Source: a virus
Virus record (IMG/VR): IMGVR_UViG_3300035698_014070
Span: 1 to 64,000 of that record
DNA: 64,000 nucleotides
Direction: 5' to 3' (one strand)
This document shows, one piece after another, positions 40,836 through 50,744 of the stretch. The notes beneath the pieces were generated by a model, which saw only the letters and a program-made list of their open reading frames with translations, was not told the DNA's origin and ran no database searches. How positions within the stretch are numbered: position 1 is the stretch's first letter; each line of letters begins with the position of its first letter. Position numbers and translations under genes: made by a program.

Positions 40836-41948
40836 ATGTCTATTACTGTAAATAGTGATTCATCATCATTTGTTGATAAAGATTTAAGTGATTCAATACA
40901 GTTAATTTCTTTTGTTGCTGATAAAGAATATATTGTATCTATTCGTGCAGATTTAGGTAGTACAAGTGAATCTACTTCTGGTCCACTAAACACAAACAGT
41001 GGTGATACAACTTATATAATCAAAGCAAAAATAACACACACTGATTTATCTGTGTCAGAAACATTTGTAAAGACTGTTACAAAAGAATCTGAATTAACTC
41101 AGATTTCATACAACTTTGATAGAACTATATATTTACAAGAGAATGAAACGTTAACAGTGTGGGCTGAGTCAAGCGATGCGACAGATACATCTATTAGTGG
41201 TGATATATATATTGCAGCAGTAAGAGCCGCAGGTGGTGGCGCTCTTTTATCAATGGAACGCGCCGATGTTTTAGGTTGGTTAGAAATAGAATTTGCTCCA
41301 TTAACACTAGCTACTCCTGATGATACTATTTATCAGATTGTAGAAAACGCTATTAGATATTGGAATACACATTCTGCTTATAAAATTAGTCGTGTATATG
41401 ATTATGATATTACTAACAGCAGATACAGAATGCAGCTAGATACAGATTTTAAAAATGTGTTTGAAGTATATCCAACAACGTCTACTACATGGATATGGAA
41501 TAATCATCCTATGTGGACATTACTAGGATTAACTATTCTTGATAATGTAACATCTGATTTGATTATAATGTCAGAAGCATTTAAAAATTATAAGAAATAT
41601 GTTGGATCAAATTTTGCATGGAAATGGGAACGTTCTACAGATTCATCAACTGGCGGTTATTTATATGTAGATAATGTACCATCAGGTGTTAGTTCTTTGT
41701 TTGTTGTAGGCAGCAAACGAATTCGCAGTACTGATAGTATTCAAGATGATTATATTCTTGATTGGATACTGAATTATTCAAAAGCTTTGTTGAAACAAAT
41801 TGAAGGAAACACTTTACGTAAAGGCGATCTTATTGGATTGCACAATGATGGTGGTGATATGATAAGTGAAGGAAAAACTGAACAAGAAGAAATGAAAGAA
41901 TCACTAGCAAGAGAGGGACGCTGGGCGGCGCTAGCTGCGCGTTTTTGA
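40836..41948 (+). CDS. Neck/head-tail adaptor (T4 gp13-like) with an extra N-terminal beta domain
   Basis: IVENAIRYW; WILNYSKALLKQIEG..LRK...GGDMISEG..E.EEM; position after the capsid gene. Confidence 0.7.
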   Translation: MSITVNSDSSSFVDKDLSDSIQLISFVADKEYIVSIRADLGSTSESTSGPLNTNSGDTTYIIKAKITHTDLSVSETFVKTVTKESELTQISYNFDRTIYLQENETLTVWAESSDATDTSISGDIYIAAVRAAGGGALLSMERADVLGWLEIEFAPLTLATPDDTIYQIVENAIRYWNTHSAYKISRVYDYDITNSRYRMQLDTDFKNVFEVYPTTSTTWIWNNHPMWTLLGLTILDNVTSDLIIMSEAFKNYKKYVGSNFAWKWERSTDSSTGGYLYVDNVPSGVSSLFVVGSKRIRSTDSIQDDYILDWILNYSKALLKQIEGNTLRKGDLIGLHNDGGDMISEGKTEQEEMKESLAREGRWAALAARF

Positions 41949-41960
41949 GAAAGCAGTAAA

Positions 41961-42048
41961 ATGTCTATAGGTACATACAAAAGAACAGTTGAACATAAGA
42001 AAAGAATTTGATATATTAAGAGATAAAAGTTCTTTAAGAGATATTTAA
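41961..42048 (+). pseudogene. Gene remnant: NUMOD3-like start plus an SLRDI-stop end in another frame
   Basis: MSIGTYKRTVEHKKRI* (41961-42011) and KEFDILRDKSSLRDI* (42001-42048). Confidence 0.45.
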
Positions 42049-42683
42049 TGATACAATTTATTAATATTATTATTGAAGCTACTCATGGTGAGATACAGCA
42101 AAAGCAGCGTACTATAACAAAGTTGTTTCCACAGTTTCCTGATAGGTTACAAAAAGTAGCAGATAATGGTGGTGTTAAATTAGAAGAAATGGAGCCAGAT
42201 AAGTGGCACTTTTATGTAGCAAGTGGTACAGAAAAAGGAACAGAGTATCATAATTATGTGAAGTTTGTAAACCTGAAACCATTGCTTCGTAAATATATTG
42301 CGAGTGACGCTGTATGGAATAAAGCAGGTAGTGCAGTTGATTATCAAAAGTTAGCACGTTTGTTATTAGATAATATGGATTTAAGATTATTATGCACGTG
42401 TCCCGCGTTTCAATATTGGGGATCTGCTTATACATTAAGTCGTTCTAAATATGATGCAAAGTATGGTAGAAGAGAGCGTAGACCTCCAAATATACGAAAT
42501 CCTAAAGAACATGGTTCTATGTGTAAACATATGCACCAAGTTATGCGCGTGTTACCATTTTATAATAGTACATTCGCAAAATATTTAAAAGAGTATCATA
42601 AAACTTATATTGAACAACTTACTAAGAAAGCTTTAAAGCTAAAAGAAAAGCCAGAAGAAGATAAAGAGAAAAAAGAAAAGTAA
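42048..42683 (+). CDS. SWIM-type zinc-finger protein
   Basis: CTCPAFQYWG...NP....MCKH. Confidence 0.75.
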   Translation: MIQFINIIIEATHGEIQQKQRTITKLFPQFPDRLQKVADNGGVKLEEMEPDKWHFYVASGTEKGTEYHNYVKFVNLKPLLRKYIASDAVWNKAGSAVDYQKLARLLLDNMDLRLLCTCPAFQYWGSAYTLSRSKYDAKYGRRERRPPNIRNPKEHGSMCKHMHQVMRVLPFYNSTFAKYLKEYHKTYIEQLTKKALKLKEKPEEDKEKKEK

Positions 42684-42703
42684 ATCTTTAAGAGATATTT
42701 AAT

Positions 42704-44077
42704 ATGATAAATATACATGAACTATTACAACGAGTATTTGAAGCAGATATTGTACAACCAGAGCGTCCTCAACCAATAGCTCCACCTGCTCCTAATAGAA
42801 CTACACCACCTGAGCGTAGAAAAAGTCCTATTAAACCTATACCTGGTAAACATCCAAAACCTAAAGGTAATAAAGATGTAGAGCTGTTTTTAAAGAAACG
42901 CGGTATTGTAAATGAGATGGCTTTTGATCCAGGTGCGTTTAAAGATATTACTGATCCAAGCAAACGAGCGTGGATAGAAACCGGTACAGAAGATCTTAGT
43001 GAGATATTACCAGATGCAACAGATTCGCAACAAAGTTATCTTGAGATGGTTACATCAAAATCATATATAGAAATGTTAAATCGTGTTGAACGTTATACTG
43101 GCTTAAATGTGGATGATATTGATGTTCCTCAATTAATTGGTTTATTGTTTCAATCAATGAATACTGCTGCAGAAATAGAAAAAAACAATATTAATGCTTT
43201 AGAAAATATTGCGTTAATGAGCGTATTAAGTTTAGACGAATTTTCAATGGTGAAAGATTTATATGATAACGATGAAGTAAAATTTGATATAGAATTAATG
43301 AGTAGAGATAAACCGCTTGATATTGACTTAATGCAGCAGCATGACGAAGAACAAAATCCAGATGATAATGGATTGACAGACAATGAAGAAACAAATCTAG
43401 AATTGGCAGATGAGCTTATTAGTTCTGATAACACTAAAATGAAAAGACGTTTAGCAGATCTTTTAATACAAGGAAATGCTGTAAGTAAATTGTATCTATT
43501 TAATGTAGTTCGTGATAAATTGAATGCTATAGACGAAAGACTTCCTGCTTTATATGGAATAGCTGCTACAATGACGCAGCTTGGTTATTGGGTAACTCCA
43601 TTTGGTATTGAAGAAATGTCAGCATCAGCAGAAGAAATGACAGGTGGAGCAGAAGAAGTAATTCCTAGTGGAGATATATACGTAATTAAAGCACGTGGAC
43701 AAATATTTCCAATGTTAGTGCATGAAATTGTTAAAGGAATATATGAATACATTTCTTTAAACAATGATATTGGTACAGCCAGTGGTGGGTTACGTCAAGA
43801 AACCGAAGATATTATTGTTGGACCAGAGATTGCGAAGACATTAAAATCTTATGTTCCACTTGATCAGCAAGAGTTATTGCCATTAGTTCATAAATTATTT
43901 TTAGAACTATCACAATCTGATATTAAGAATGTACTCGCAAAAAATTCACAAGGTAAAAGTACTATGGATGAATTGCTTAAACAGGCTGAAGAGCAGTGGG
44001 ATGAATATAATAAAGAAGAAAATGAGTATGAAGATGAAGGTGAAGAACCCGAAGAGTTTGGAGAACAAGGTGAATAA
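42704..44077 (+). CDS. Hypothetical protein with N-terminal leader and Pro-rich linker
   Basis: MINIHELLQRVFE; KRRLADLLIQG; FPMLVHEIVKGIYE. Confidence 0.7.
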   Translation: MINIHELLQRVFEADIVQPERPQPIAPPAPNRTTPPERRKSPIKPIPGKHPKPKGNKDVELFLKKRGIVNEMAFDPGAFKDITDPSKRAWIETGTEDLSEILPDATDSQQSYLEMVTSKSYIEMLNRVERYTGLNVDDIDVPQLIGLLFQSMNTAAEIEKNNINALENIALMSVLSLDEFSMVKDLYDNDEVKFDIELMSRDKPLDIDLMQQHDEEQNPDDNGLTDNEETNLELADELISSDNTKMKRRLADLLIQGNAVSKLYLFNVVRDKLNAIDERLPALYGIAATMTQLGYWVTPFGIEEMSASAEEMTGGAEEVIPSGDIYVIKARGQIFPMLVHEIVKGIYEYISLNNDIGTASGGLRQETEDIIVGPEIAKTLKSYVPLDQQELLPLVHKLFLELSQSDIKNVLAKNSQGKSTMDELLKQAEEQWDEYNKEENEYEDEGEEPEEFGEQGE

Positions 44078-45373
44078 TGAGTGTATATAGTATTGCAAAT
44101 AATGTTGTTGAAAATATGAAAGTAAAAGAAGCAACTAGTATGAGTAACATTGCATATGTAGCAGGCGGATTTGGAACAGTTAAAACAGCTTTAAAAATAT
44201 TATCACAAATGAAAGATGATTGGGGAGTTGAAGTATTAGAAGGAGAAGAAGAAACATATAATGTAAAGATAGAAGATTCTTTAATAATATCAGTACCTAA
44301 AGATTTGTGGGAAGAATTTGCTATAGAAATGTTTGGTAATAAAATCAATGTAAAAAATATGAATTTAGCAAAATATTTAGAAGAATCTATAGTAGATTGT
44401 AATAAAGATTTACTTCGTAAAGTAAAAGCATCTGTAAAAAAATTGTATAAACAAAAACCGTATTCTATTATGGAGAGAAACATAAAAATATGGAGAGCTT
44501 TATTTGGAGCAACTCGATTTATTACAACTCCAAAAACATGTATACCTGTAGAATCAAAAATTAAATCTTCTAAGTATCTTTGCAAAACTATTGAAAGTGC
44601 TTATGGTAAAGACAGAGGTATGCTTGAAATGCTTTTATCCGCACTGTCTAAAGGGAAAAGTTTAATAGATTTTGATGTGTTTGAAAATTATGATAAAATA
44701 ACTGGTACTGTTATTTATATTCGTAAAGATAATACTGTTTTTACATATGAATCTTCTATAGATTTAAATGGAAAGTTAACTGAAACAATTAGAGTAACTG
44801 ATAAAGACGTGCTTGAATCATTAAAAGAATCTAGATTTGGAAGACGAAATAAAAACATTGTTTCACCAAAGGGAGATTTTTTTACAAATAAAGAATTTAA
44901 AAACTTTAAAGCAATTATACAGGATGTAAATGATGAAACAAATAACAGAAGCTAAAGACGTCACTATTTACAAGAACTTGCTTCGTCAACTTGGAGATTA
45001 CGCTACATCAAATCAAATGACTGGTGTATCTAAGTTGTTTCAGCAAGTTATAGATGGTGGAATAAAGGTATTACCAAAAGATGATAGAGCTTTATCAATT
45101 ATTGATAGAACAATTATATCTGCAGCAAATCCAGCTTCTTCAGTGCAGAAGTTTTTAAATGTACGTTTTTCAGATTTGTCTATTGATTTACGTCCTATTG
45201 TTAAAAATGGCCGTAGAAAAGAAGTTGCTTTTTGGTGTCGTAATGGTGAAGTATTTGATAAGGTTTGTGATCTTATTAGCTTTAGTGGTAAGGGCAGATC
45301 AGGGTACTGGTGTAATATTCGCGGTGACAAAATGGAACTATTGGATATCAGTTTTGAAGAAGTGGTGGTATAA
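44077..45373 (+). other. Two hypothetical ORFs
   Basis: 44077..44955 and 44930..45373. Confidence 0.65.
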
Positions 45374-45374
45374 C

Positions 45375-46907
45375 ATGGGTAATCAAATAAATCCAGCTGA
45401 TTTAATTTCGTACTTAAATGAAAATATTTCTTTTGAATCTAAGAAGCGGGTTAGTGAAACGCGTGGAGAAGGTAGAGGAGTAGGTGGTCCTACACAGCGT
45501 GATGGTGGTACGACTGTTTGTGTATGTCCACAATGTGGTAGTGAATGGAATCATCAGAAAGGTACTCCATGTTCACAGCAGCTTTGTCCTACTTGTAATG
45601 TTAAACTTCAAGGAAAAGCTTTTCATGAAATAAGCGCACCTATTAATAAAAAGTCTGTTGAATCTAAAACAGAAGAAAGCGCTGAAAAAAAGAAAGAAGA
45701 AGCAATTACACTTTCTTTTAACAAGAAAGCAAAAGGAACTGGTTTTACTTTAGAAAAATTAAAAAAAGGTTCGGGATATGAAATAAAGTATGATATTAAT
45801 TCAGATAATTTTAATAAGAAAACAAAAGAAAGTGCTGAAAAAGAAGAAAAATCTGATACACAAAGTATAGGCATATCTTCCAGTGAATCTGTTTGGCAGT
45901 GTAATGAATGTGGAGAGGTACTTGAGTATAGTTATTTAATTGATCCAAAGATTATGATATGTACTGAATGTAACAGTAAATCGCTTACATTAGTATATCC
46001 ATTACGCGAGCAGAGAGGTGAGAGTGGTCTTCCAGATAAAGAGTATTTCTTTTTGCTTGGAATGATTGATGATAAGATTGATGAGATTACTCGTACAATG
46101 TACGATGATTATAAATTTGATAACGCTATTTCACCAGATGCGGTTGTAGAATGGATTATGGATAATAAGTTAGAGGATATTGAAATACTTCGTAAAGAAG
46201 ATAGATTAGCTGATGCAGCAGAATTTGTAATAGATGCCATGGTTGGCGTAGGAGCGGCCTTGCCAAAAGGAAGTATAGAACCTAAAGAAGAGGAAGAAGC
46301 ACCAGCTGAGGGTGACCAGGATGATGAGTCAGAACCTGAAGAGCCAGTTGATGAAGAACCAGCACAAAATGATGAAGAAAAACCTGAAGAATCAGTAAAA
46401 GAAGCAGATACTGATAATATGAAAGTAATTGCTAGAGGTATTCCTAATAAAGATGCTGCTGAAGATATTGCAAAGAATCACGTTGGCGCAGTTGTATCTA
46501 CAGACGATAAAGATCCAAAGATGTTGATGGTGTTAATTAAAGAAGTTAATGAAAAAGAAATAAAAGAAAGTTCAGAAAGCACATATACATATAATGTTGA
46601 AGTAGAAGTATTTGGTGGACCAAATGGAGTAGAGCAAGTTAATCCATCAGTAAGTATAGATTACATGATTGAACAAGAATATCGTAGTTGGGGCATTAAA
46701 GAAATAGAAGTATCTATTATAACTAATCCTATTACATTTTGGATGAAAGATGGAGAAAGGGATATAAAAGTTCAAGTACCTTCTGAAAATATAGATATTG
46801 ATTGGATGCCAGGAACAGCGTATGTTCCTGATAATATAGAAGTGCATTTAAATGCTGATGGTAAATATGAAAATTGTACTTTAAATATGTACTACTTAAA
46901 GAAGTAA
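45375..46907 (+). CDS. Modular acidic protein with two zinc-ribbon modules
   Basis: CVCPQCG...H..G.PC....CPTC and CNECG...CTEC, with modules separated by xxE sites. The ATG at 45375 follows the previous stop. Confidence 0.7.
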   Translation: MGNQINPADLISYLNENISFESKKRVSETRGEGRGVGGPTQRDGGTTVCVCPQCGSEWNHQKGTPCSQQLCPTCNVKLQGKAFHEISAPINKKSVESKTEESAEKKKEEAITLSFNKKAKGTGFTLEKLKKGSGYEIKYDINSDNFNKKTKESAEKEEKSDTQSIGISSSESVWQCNECGEVLEYSYLIDPKIMICTECNSKSLTLVYPLREQRGESGLPDKEYFFLLGMIDDKIDEITRTMYDDYKFDNAISPDAVVEWIMDNKLEDIEILRKEDRLADAAEFVIDAMVGVGAALPKGSIEPKEEEEAPAEGDQDDESEPEEPVDEEPAQNDEEKPEESVKEADTDNMKVIARGIPNKDAAEDIAKNHVGAVVSTDDKDPKMLMVLIKEVNEKEIKESSESTYTYNVEVEVFGGPNGVEQVNPSVSIDYMIEQEYRSWGIKEIEVSIITNPITFWMKDGERDIKVQVPSENIDIDWMPGTAYVPDNIEVHLNADGKYENCTLNMYYLKK

Positions 46908-46916
46908 AGATATATT

Positions 46917-47846
46917 GTGGATTATGAATTATATAAAAAATTGTTTTACACAGTAAATGAGCAGACATCTGATTCTAATTATGAACCTTCTCGTGATTTT
47001 TTAGATGGAGTAGATAAAATATTTTTGTCTTTTTCAGAAGAAGAGTGCGAATGGATAGAACAAAACCGCTACTTTTTTTCTGCTAGTAAAATGATTGCTG
47101 GCAGTAAAAAAAATGAAGATGGAACATATGATTCTAATGTAGATTTAGATTTTAGCAATAAAAAATTTAAAGATGGGAAGTTACCGTTTAAATTAAATAA
47201 AGTAAATGGCAGTTTTAAAGTTTTTGATTGTGGATTAACAACATTAGAAGGTTGTCCTAAAATAGTTACTAAATTGTTTAGTTGTTTTAAAAATAATCTT
47301 ACATCATTAAAAGGAGGTCCTGAAGAAGTTGGAATGCACTATTCTTGCATGGCAAATAAACTTAAATCTTTAGAGTTTCTTCCTAAAAAACTTAGGAGTT
47401 TAGATTGTTCAATTAATAAATTACGTTCATTAGATAATTTTGTTCCTAATGAATTATCTTCTTTTAGTTGTTTTAAAAATAATCTTACATCATTAAAAGG
47501 TAGCCCAACAAAAATAATTAGTTATTTTGATTGCAGTAGCAATAAACTAACTTCATTAGAAGATGGACCTAGATACGTAGGTGGGGGTTATATTTGTGCA
47601 AGAAATAAATTAATATCTTTAAAAGGAGCTCCTAAATCTATTACTGTAAGTGAAGGGTTTAGTAATTTTAATTGTTCGCATAATGAGTTAACATCATTAG
47701 AATTTGCTCCACAATACGTATCTGGAACTTTTGATTGTAGTAAAAATAAACTAACTTCTTATGAATTTATACCTAAAAAAGTAAAAAAAGTTATTAGTAA
47801 AGGTAATCCAATAACATACGAACAATGGATAAAACAAAATGAGTAA
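46917..47846 (+). CDS. Leucine-rich-repeat protein (LTSLEGAP type)
   Basis: About nine F.C..N.LTSL.G.P repeats. Confidence 0.85.
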   Translation: MDYELYKKLFYTVNEQTSDSNYEPSRDFLDGVDKIFLSFSEEECEWIEQNRYFFSASKMIAGSKKNEDGTYDSNVDLDFSNKKFKDGKLPFKLNKVNGSFKVFDCGLTTLEGCPKIVTKLFSCFKNNLTSLKGGPEEVGMHYSCMANKLKSLEFLPKKLRSLDCSINKLRSLDNFVPNELSSFSCFKNNLTSLKGSPTKIISYFDCSSNKLTSLEDGPRYVGGGYICARNKLISLKGAPKSITVSEGFSNFNCSHNELTSLEFAPQYVSGTFDCSKNKLTSYEFIPKKVKKVISKGNPITYEQWIKQNE

Positions 47847-48207
47847 AAAAAATCCAATACAAAGAAAACCATATGAGCCTGATAAAAGTGAATATCAAAT
47901 AGCGGTAGATTCGCGTAATTACTTCGTGGTAAGTCCAAAAACAATAAACGCTGCTATTTTTTTTGGTAAAGGCACTAATTGGAGTATTTCTACACCTGAT
48001 TTAAAATACAATACATTATATGATGGATTTATGCTTTTTGAAAAATATTATATTGTAATTAGAAAACACGATGCTAGAAAATGGTTAGTTATAGCGTTTT
48101 CTGATGGAGCTACCGAAACTTATGATGAGCACTTTACAAGTATTGATGATTATTTAATGATAATAAAAGCAGTAAATCAAGATATAGATGCTGATAAGCG
48201 CAAATAA
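47839..48207 (+). CDS. Small paralogue of the GxxWC domain of 21342..22715
   Basis: AAIFFGKGTNWSIS...YYIVI...KW resembles ASKKYGAGAPWCT...FIYIL...KY. Confidence 0.5.
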   Translation: MSKKNPIQRKPYEPDKSEYQIAVDSRNYFVVSPKTINAAIFFGKGTNWSISTPDLKYNTLYDGFMLFEKYYIVIRKHDARKWLVIAFSDGATETYDEHFTSIDDYLMIIKAVNQDIDADKRK

Positions 48208-48216
48208 AATTAATAA

Positions 48217-50667
48217 ATGTTTAATGAATTATACGAAAATTTAGCTTCTGTTTTAGAGAATAATGGGCATGAGTACTCTAATGTTCAGATAACAATAACA
48301 GGTGAACTTTCTAAAAAAATGCTTGATTATGGTAAAAGTATACCTGATGAAGAAATTTATACTGATGAGAATGATCCATCGTATGGTAGAGAAAAAGATA
48401 CACATGTTACTGTGCGGTATGGATTAACAACAGACAATCCATCTGAATTACAAAAAGCTTTTACAGATTTTGGCATAATAAAATTAAAAATGAATAATAT
48501 ATCTGTTTTTGAGACAGATGATTATGCTATAATTAAAATAGATATTGATAGCAATGATTTACATAAAGCGAATGAATTAGTTGGTGAAACAGAAGATGTA
48601 CCTGGTGAAACATATAAAGAGTACAAACCGCATGCTACAATTGCTTATGTAAAGAAAGGTGCTGGAAAGAAATACATTGATAATAAAACATTTAATGGTG
48701 AAGAAATAACTGTTAATACAATTGAATTGAATGATAGGAACGATACTAAACACACGATAAATTTATCTCGAGATATGTCTGCAGAATGTAAGTTGCAGAA
48801 GATCCATAAGGCGACTGTGAGTGAAAATGCAGACATTAACGAATTAGATTGGAAAAAGACAGCTAAGGTTGCGGCTGCTACAACAGCAGTAGGATTGGTT
48901 GGATTGCTAGGCCAGCAAAAAGCATATAGAAATTATGATAAAGGACTTATAGCGAACCAATCTGCTTCTGCTGTTACTAAATCTGCTGAGCAACCTGAAG
49001 TTCAGCAGAAACTGGCAAAGGAAACTAACGTAAATGAAATAGATATAGATAAGATTGCACAAATAGAGTCATCTAATAATCCTACCGCTGTTAATAAAAG
49101 AACAGGTACACGCGGGTTATGCCAGTTTATGGAGCCAACTTGGAATGATGTTATTAAAAAGATGAAAGTTGATTGGACATGGGAAGATGCTTTTGATCCT
49201 AATAAAAACAGAACAGCAGCTGAGTTTTATATAAACAAAGACATACCACGTATGTTACAATATTATAAGATAGAGGATACAAATGAAACAAGACTTGCGT
49301 CTTATAACTGGGGTATTGGTAATGTGAAAAAAGCAGTTCGTAAGTATGGAAAAGATTGGATTAATCACATTCCTACAGAAACTCGTAATTATATTCAGAA
49401 GTATAATGCATTACAAGAAGTAATTCAGCATGATGGTGGAAACTTTCAGCACTTTTTTGTTGATGCAAAAGGTTACGCAATACAAGTAGCAAGTCATGTA
49501 GAGTATGTAAAGAAAAAACTTGGTACTAATTATGCTGATGAAAAAGCAGTTAATAAGTATATGAAAAAGAATAAACTGATACGTTTAGGGCAGACTGAAG
49601 ATGTTTTGTTTTTCGTATCAGTTGCCAGTAAAGTAACAGATGTTCAAATAAAAGTATTAAGAAAGCTTCTTCGTTCTGGTACAACATTGTATTACGATAT
49701 ATTTAAAGGAACTAAACGTATTAATTCTGGTTCAGGATTTAAAGAGTTTTTAGAAGATCTTGAATATTATAAAATGTATAAGCCTAAAACAAACGAATCT
49801 ACTATTGATTTTCCTAGAGAAGATTTACCTACGGAGATATGGACAAAAGAGAATGGTGAATATGTTTTAAGAGATGATGTGTATAATAAGATCGTGAAAA
49901 CACTGGCACAATATCCTAACGTTGATTTAAATAAATTAGCTACAACGATGCACATAACTGGTTCAATCGGGACTAATCAGCATGATGATGATTGTGATTT
50001 GGATGTACATATATTACCATTAGAAGGTAAAGCAGATAATCATTTACAAAAAGATGTATTTAAGTGGTTTAATGAAAACAGAGACAAAATTGATGGATAC
50101 GTTGGTGAACATCCTATTGAAGTATATATTCAGTTAGATCCACAGCAAGAATTGTTTGCAGATGCGGCGTATGATGTTGGTAATAAGAGATGGTTAAAGG
50201 GTCCTAAGAAAGCTGCTTCGTCTTATAATCCGTATGAAGAGTTTAAAGAATTGTTAGTAGATGTAGTAAGTGATGCAGAAGAAGCTGATAAGGTATTGGG
50301 TGAACTTAAGCGAGATACAATAGATTATACAACTATTGTTCGCGCGATGCGCTACCTAAGTACAGGTGATAAAGAACACTTACACGATATGCTATTATCA
50401 AAGTCGGTTGAGATTGATGCAGATATACGTGCGTTGATTAAACAAAAAGGAGAGTGGACAAACGCTCGCCATATGTCATCGCAAGCCACACCCGAAGATG
50501 CCTTAAAAGATGTAGACATTGCTAAAAGATGGAAAGATGAAAATGCAAAATTTAAATTTATGAATCGCTACAATTACGTCAAGCTTATAAAAGATCTTGA
50601 AGATATGATTAAAGATGAAGAGCTTTCTGATAGAGAAATAAATCTTATACAAAGAACTTTAACATGA
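48217..50667 (+). CDS. Multidomain protein: 2H phosphoesterase (Acb1/gp57B-like) + lytic transglycosylase + unknown domain + nucleotidyltransferase
   Basis: HVTVRYG and HATIAY; IESSNNP...RGLCQFM...ASYNWGIG...ETRNY; ITGSIG......DLDVHI. Confidence 0.85.
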   Translation: MFNELYENLASVLENNGHEYSNVQITITGELSKKMLDYGKSIPDEEIYTDENDPSYGREKDTHVTVRYGLTTDNPSELQKAFTDFGIIKLKMNNISVFETDDYAIIKIDIDSNDLHKANELVGETEDVPGETYKEYKPHATIAYVKKGAGKKYIDNKTFNGEEITVNTIELNDRNDTKHTINLSRDMSAECKLQKIHKATVSENADINELDWKKTAKVAAATTAVGLVGLLGQQKAYRNYDKGLIANQSASAVTKSAEQPEVQQKLAKETNVNEIDIDKIAQIESSNNPTAVNKRTGTRGLCQFMEPTWNDVIKKMKVDWTWEDAFDPNKNRTAAEFYINKDIPRMLQYYKIEDTNETRLASYNWGIGNVKKAVRKYGKDWINHIPTETRNYIQKYNALQEVIQHDGGNFQHFFVDAKGYAIQVASHVEYVKKKLGTNYADEKAVNKYMKKNKLIRLGQTEDVLFFVSVASKVTDVQIKVLRKLLRSGTTLYYDIFKGTKRINSGSGFKEFLEDLEYYKMYKPKTNESTIDFPREDLPTEIWTKENGEYVLRDDVYNKIVKTLAQYPNVDLNKLATTMHITGSIGTNQHDDDCDLDVHILPLEGKADNHLQKDVFKWFNENRDKIDGYVGEHPIEVYIQLDPQQELFADAAYDVGNKRWLKGPKKAASSYNPYEEFKELLVDVVSDAEEADKVLGELKRDTIDYTTIVRAMRYLSTGDKEHLHDMLLSKSVEIDADIRALIKQKGEWTNARHMSSQATPEDALKDVDIAKRWKDENAKFKFMNRYNYVKLIKDLEDMIKDEELSDREINLIQRTLT

Positions 50668-50744
50668 AAAAATTAATTGAACAACTTGAAAAATGTGTTA
50701 CTGAAATAAATCCTATAAGTGAAAAGGTGAAAATTTATGGATAA
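50664..50744 (+). CDS. 26-aa leader-only micro-ORF or junction scar
   Basis: MKKLIEQLEKCVTEINPISEKVKIYG*. Confidence 0.45.
   Translation: MKKLIEQLEKCVTEINPISEKVKIYG

Noticed and set aside
45159-45374. Hydrophobic N-terminal extension of the 582-aa ORF
   Set aside because: It overlaps the upstream gene in another frame; ATG 45375 right after that gene's stop is the likelier start.
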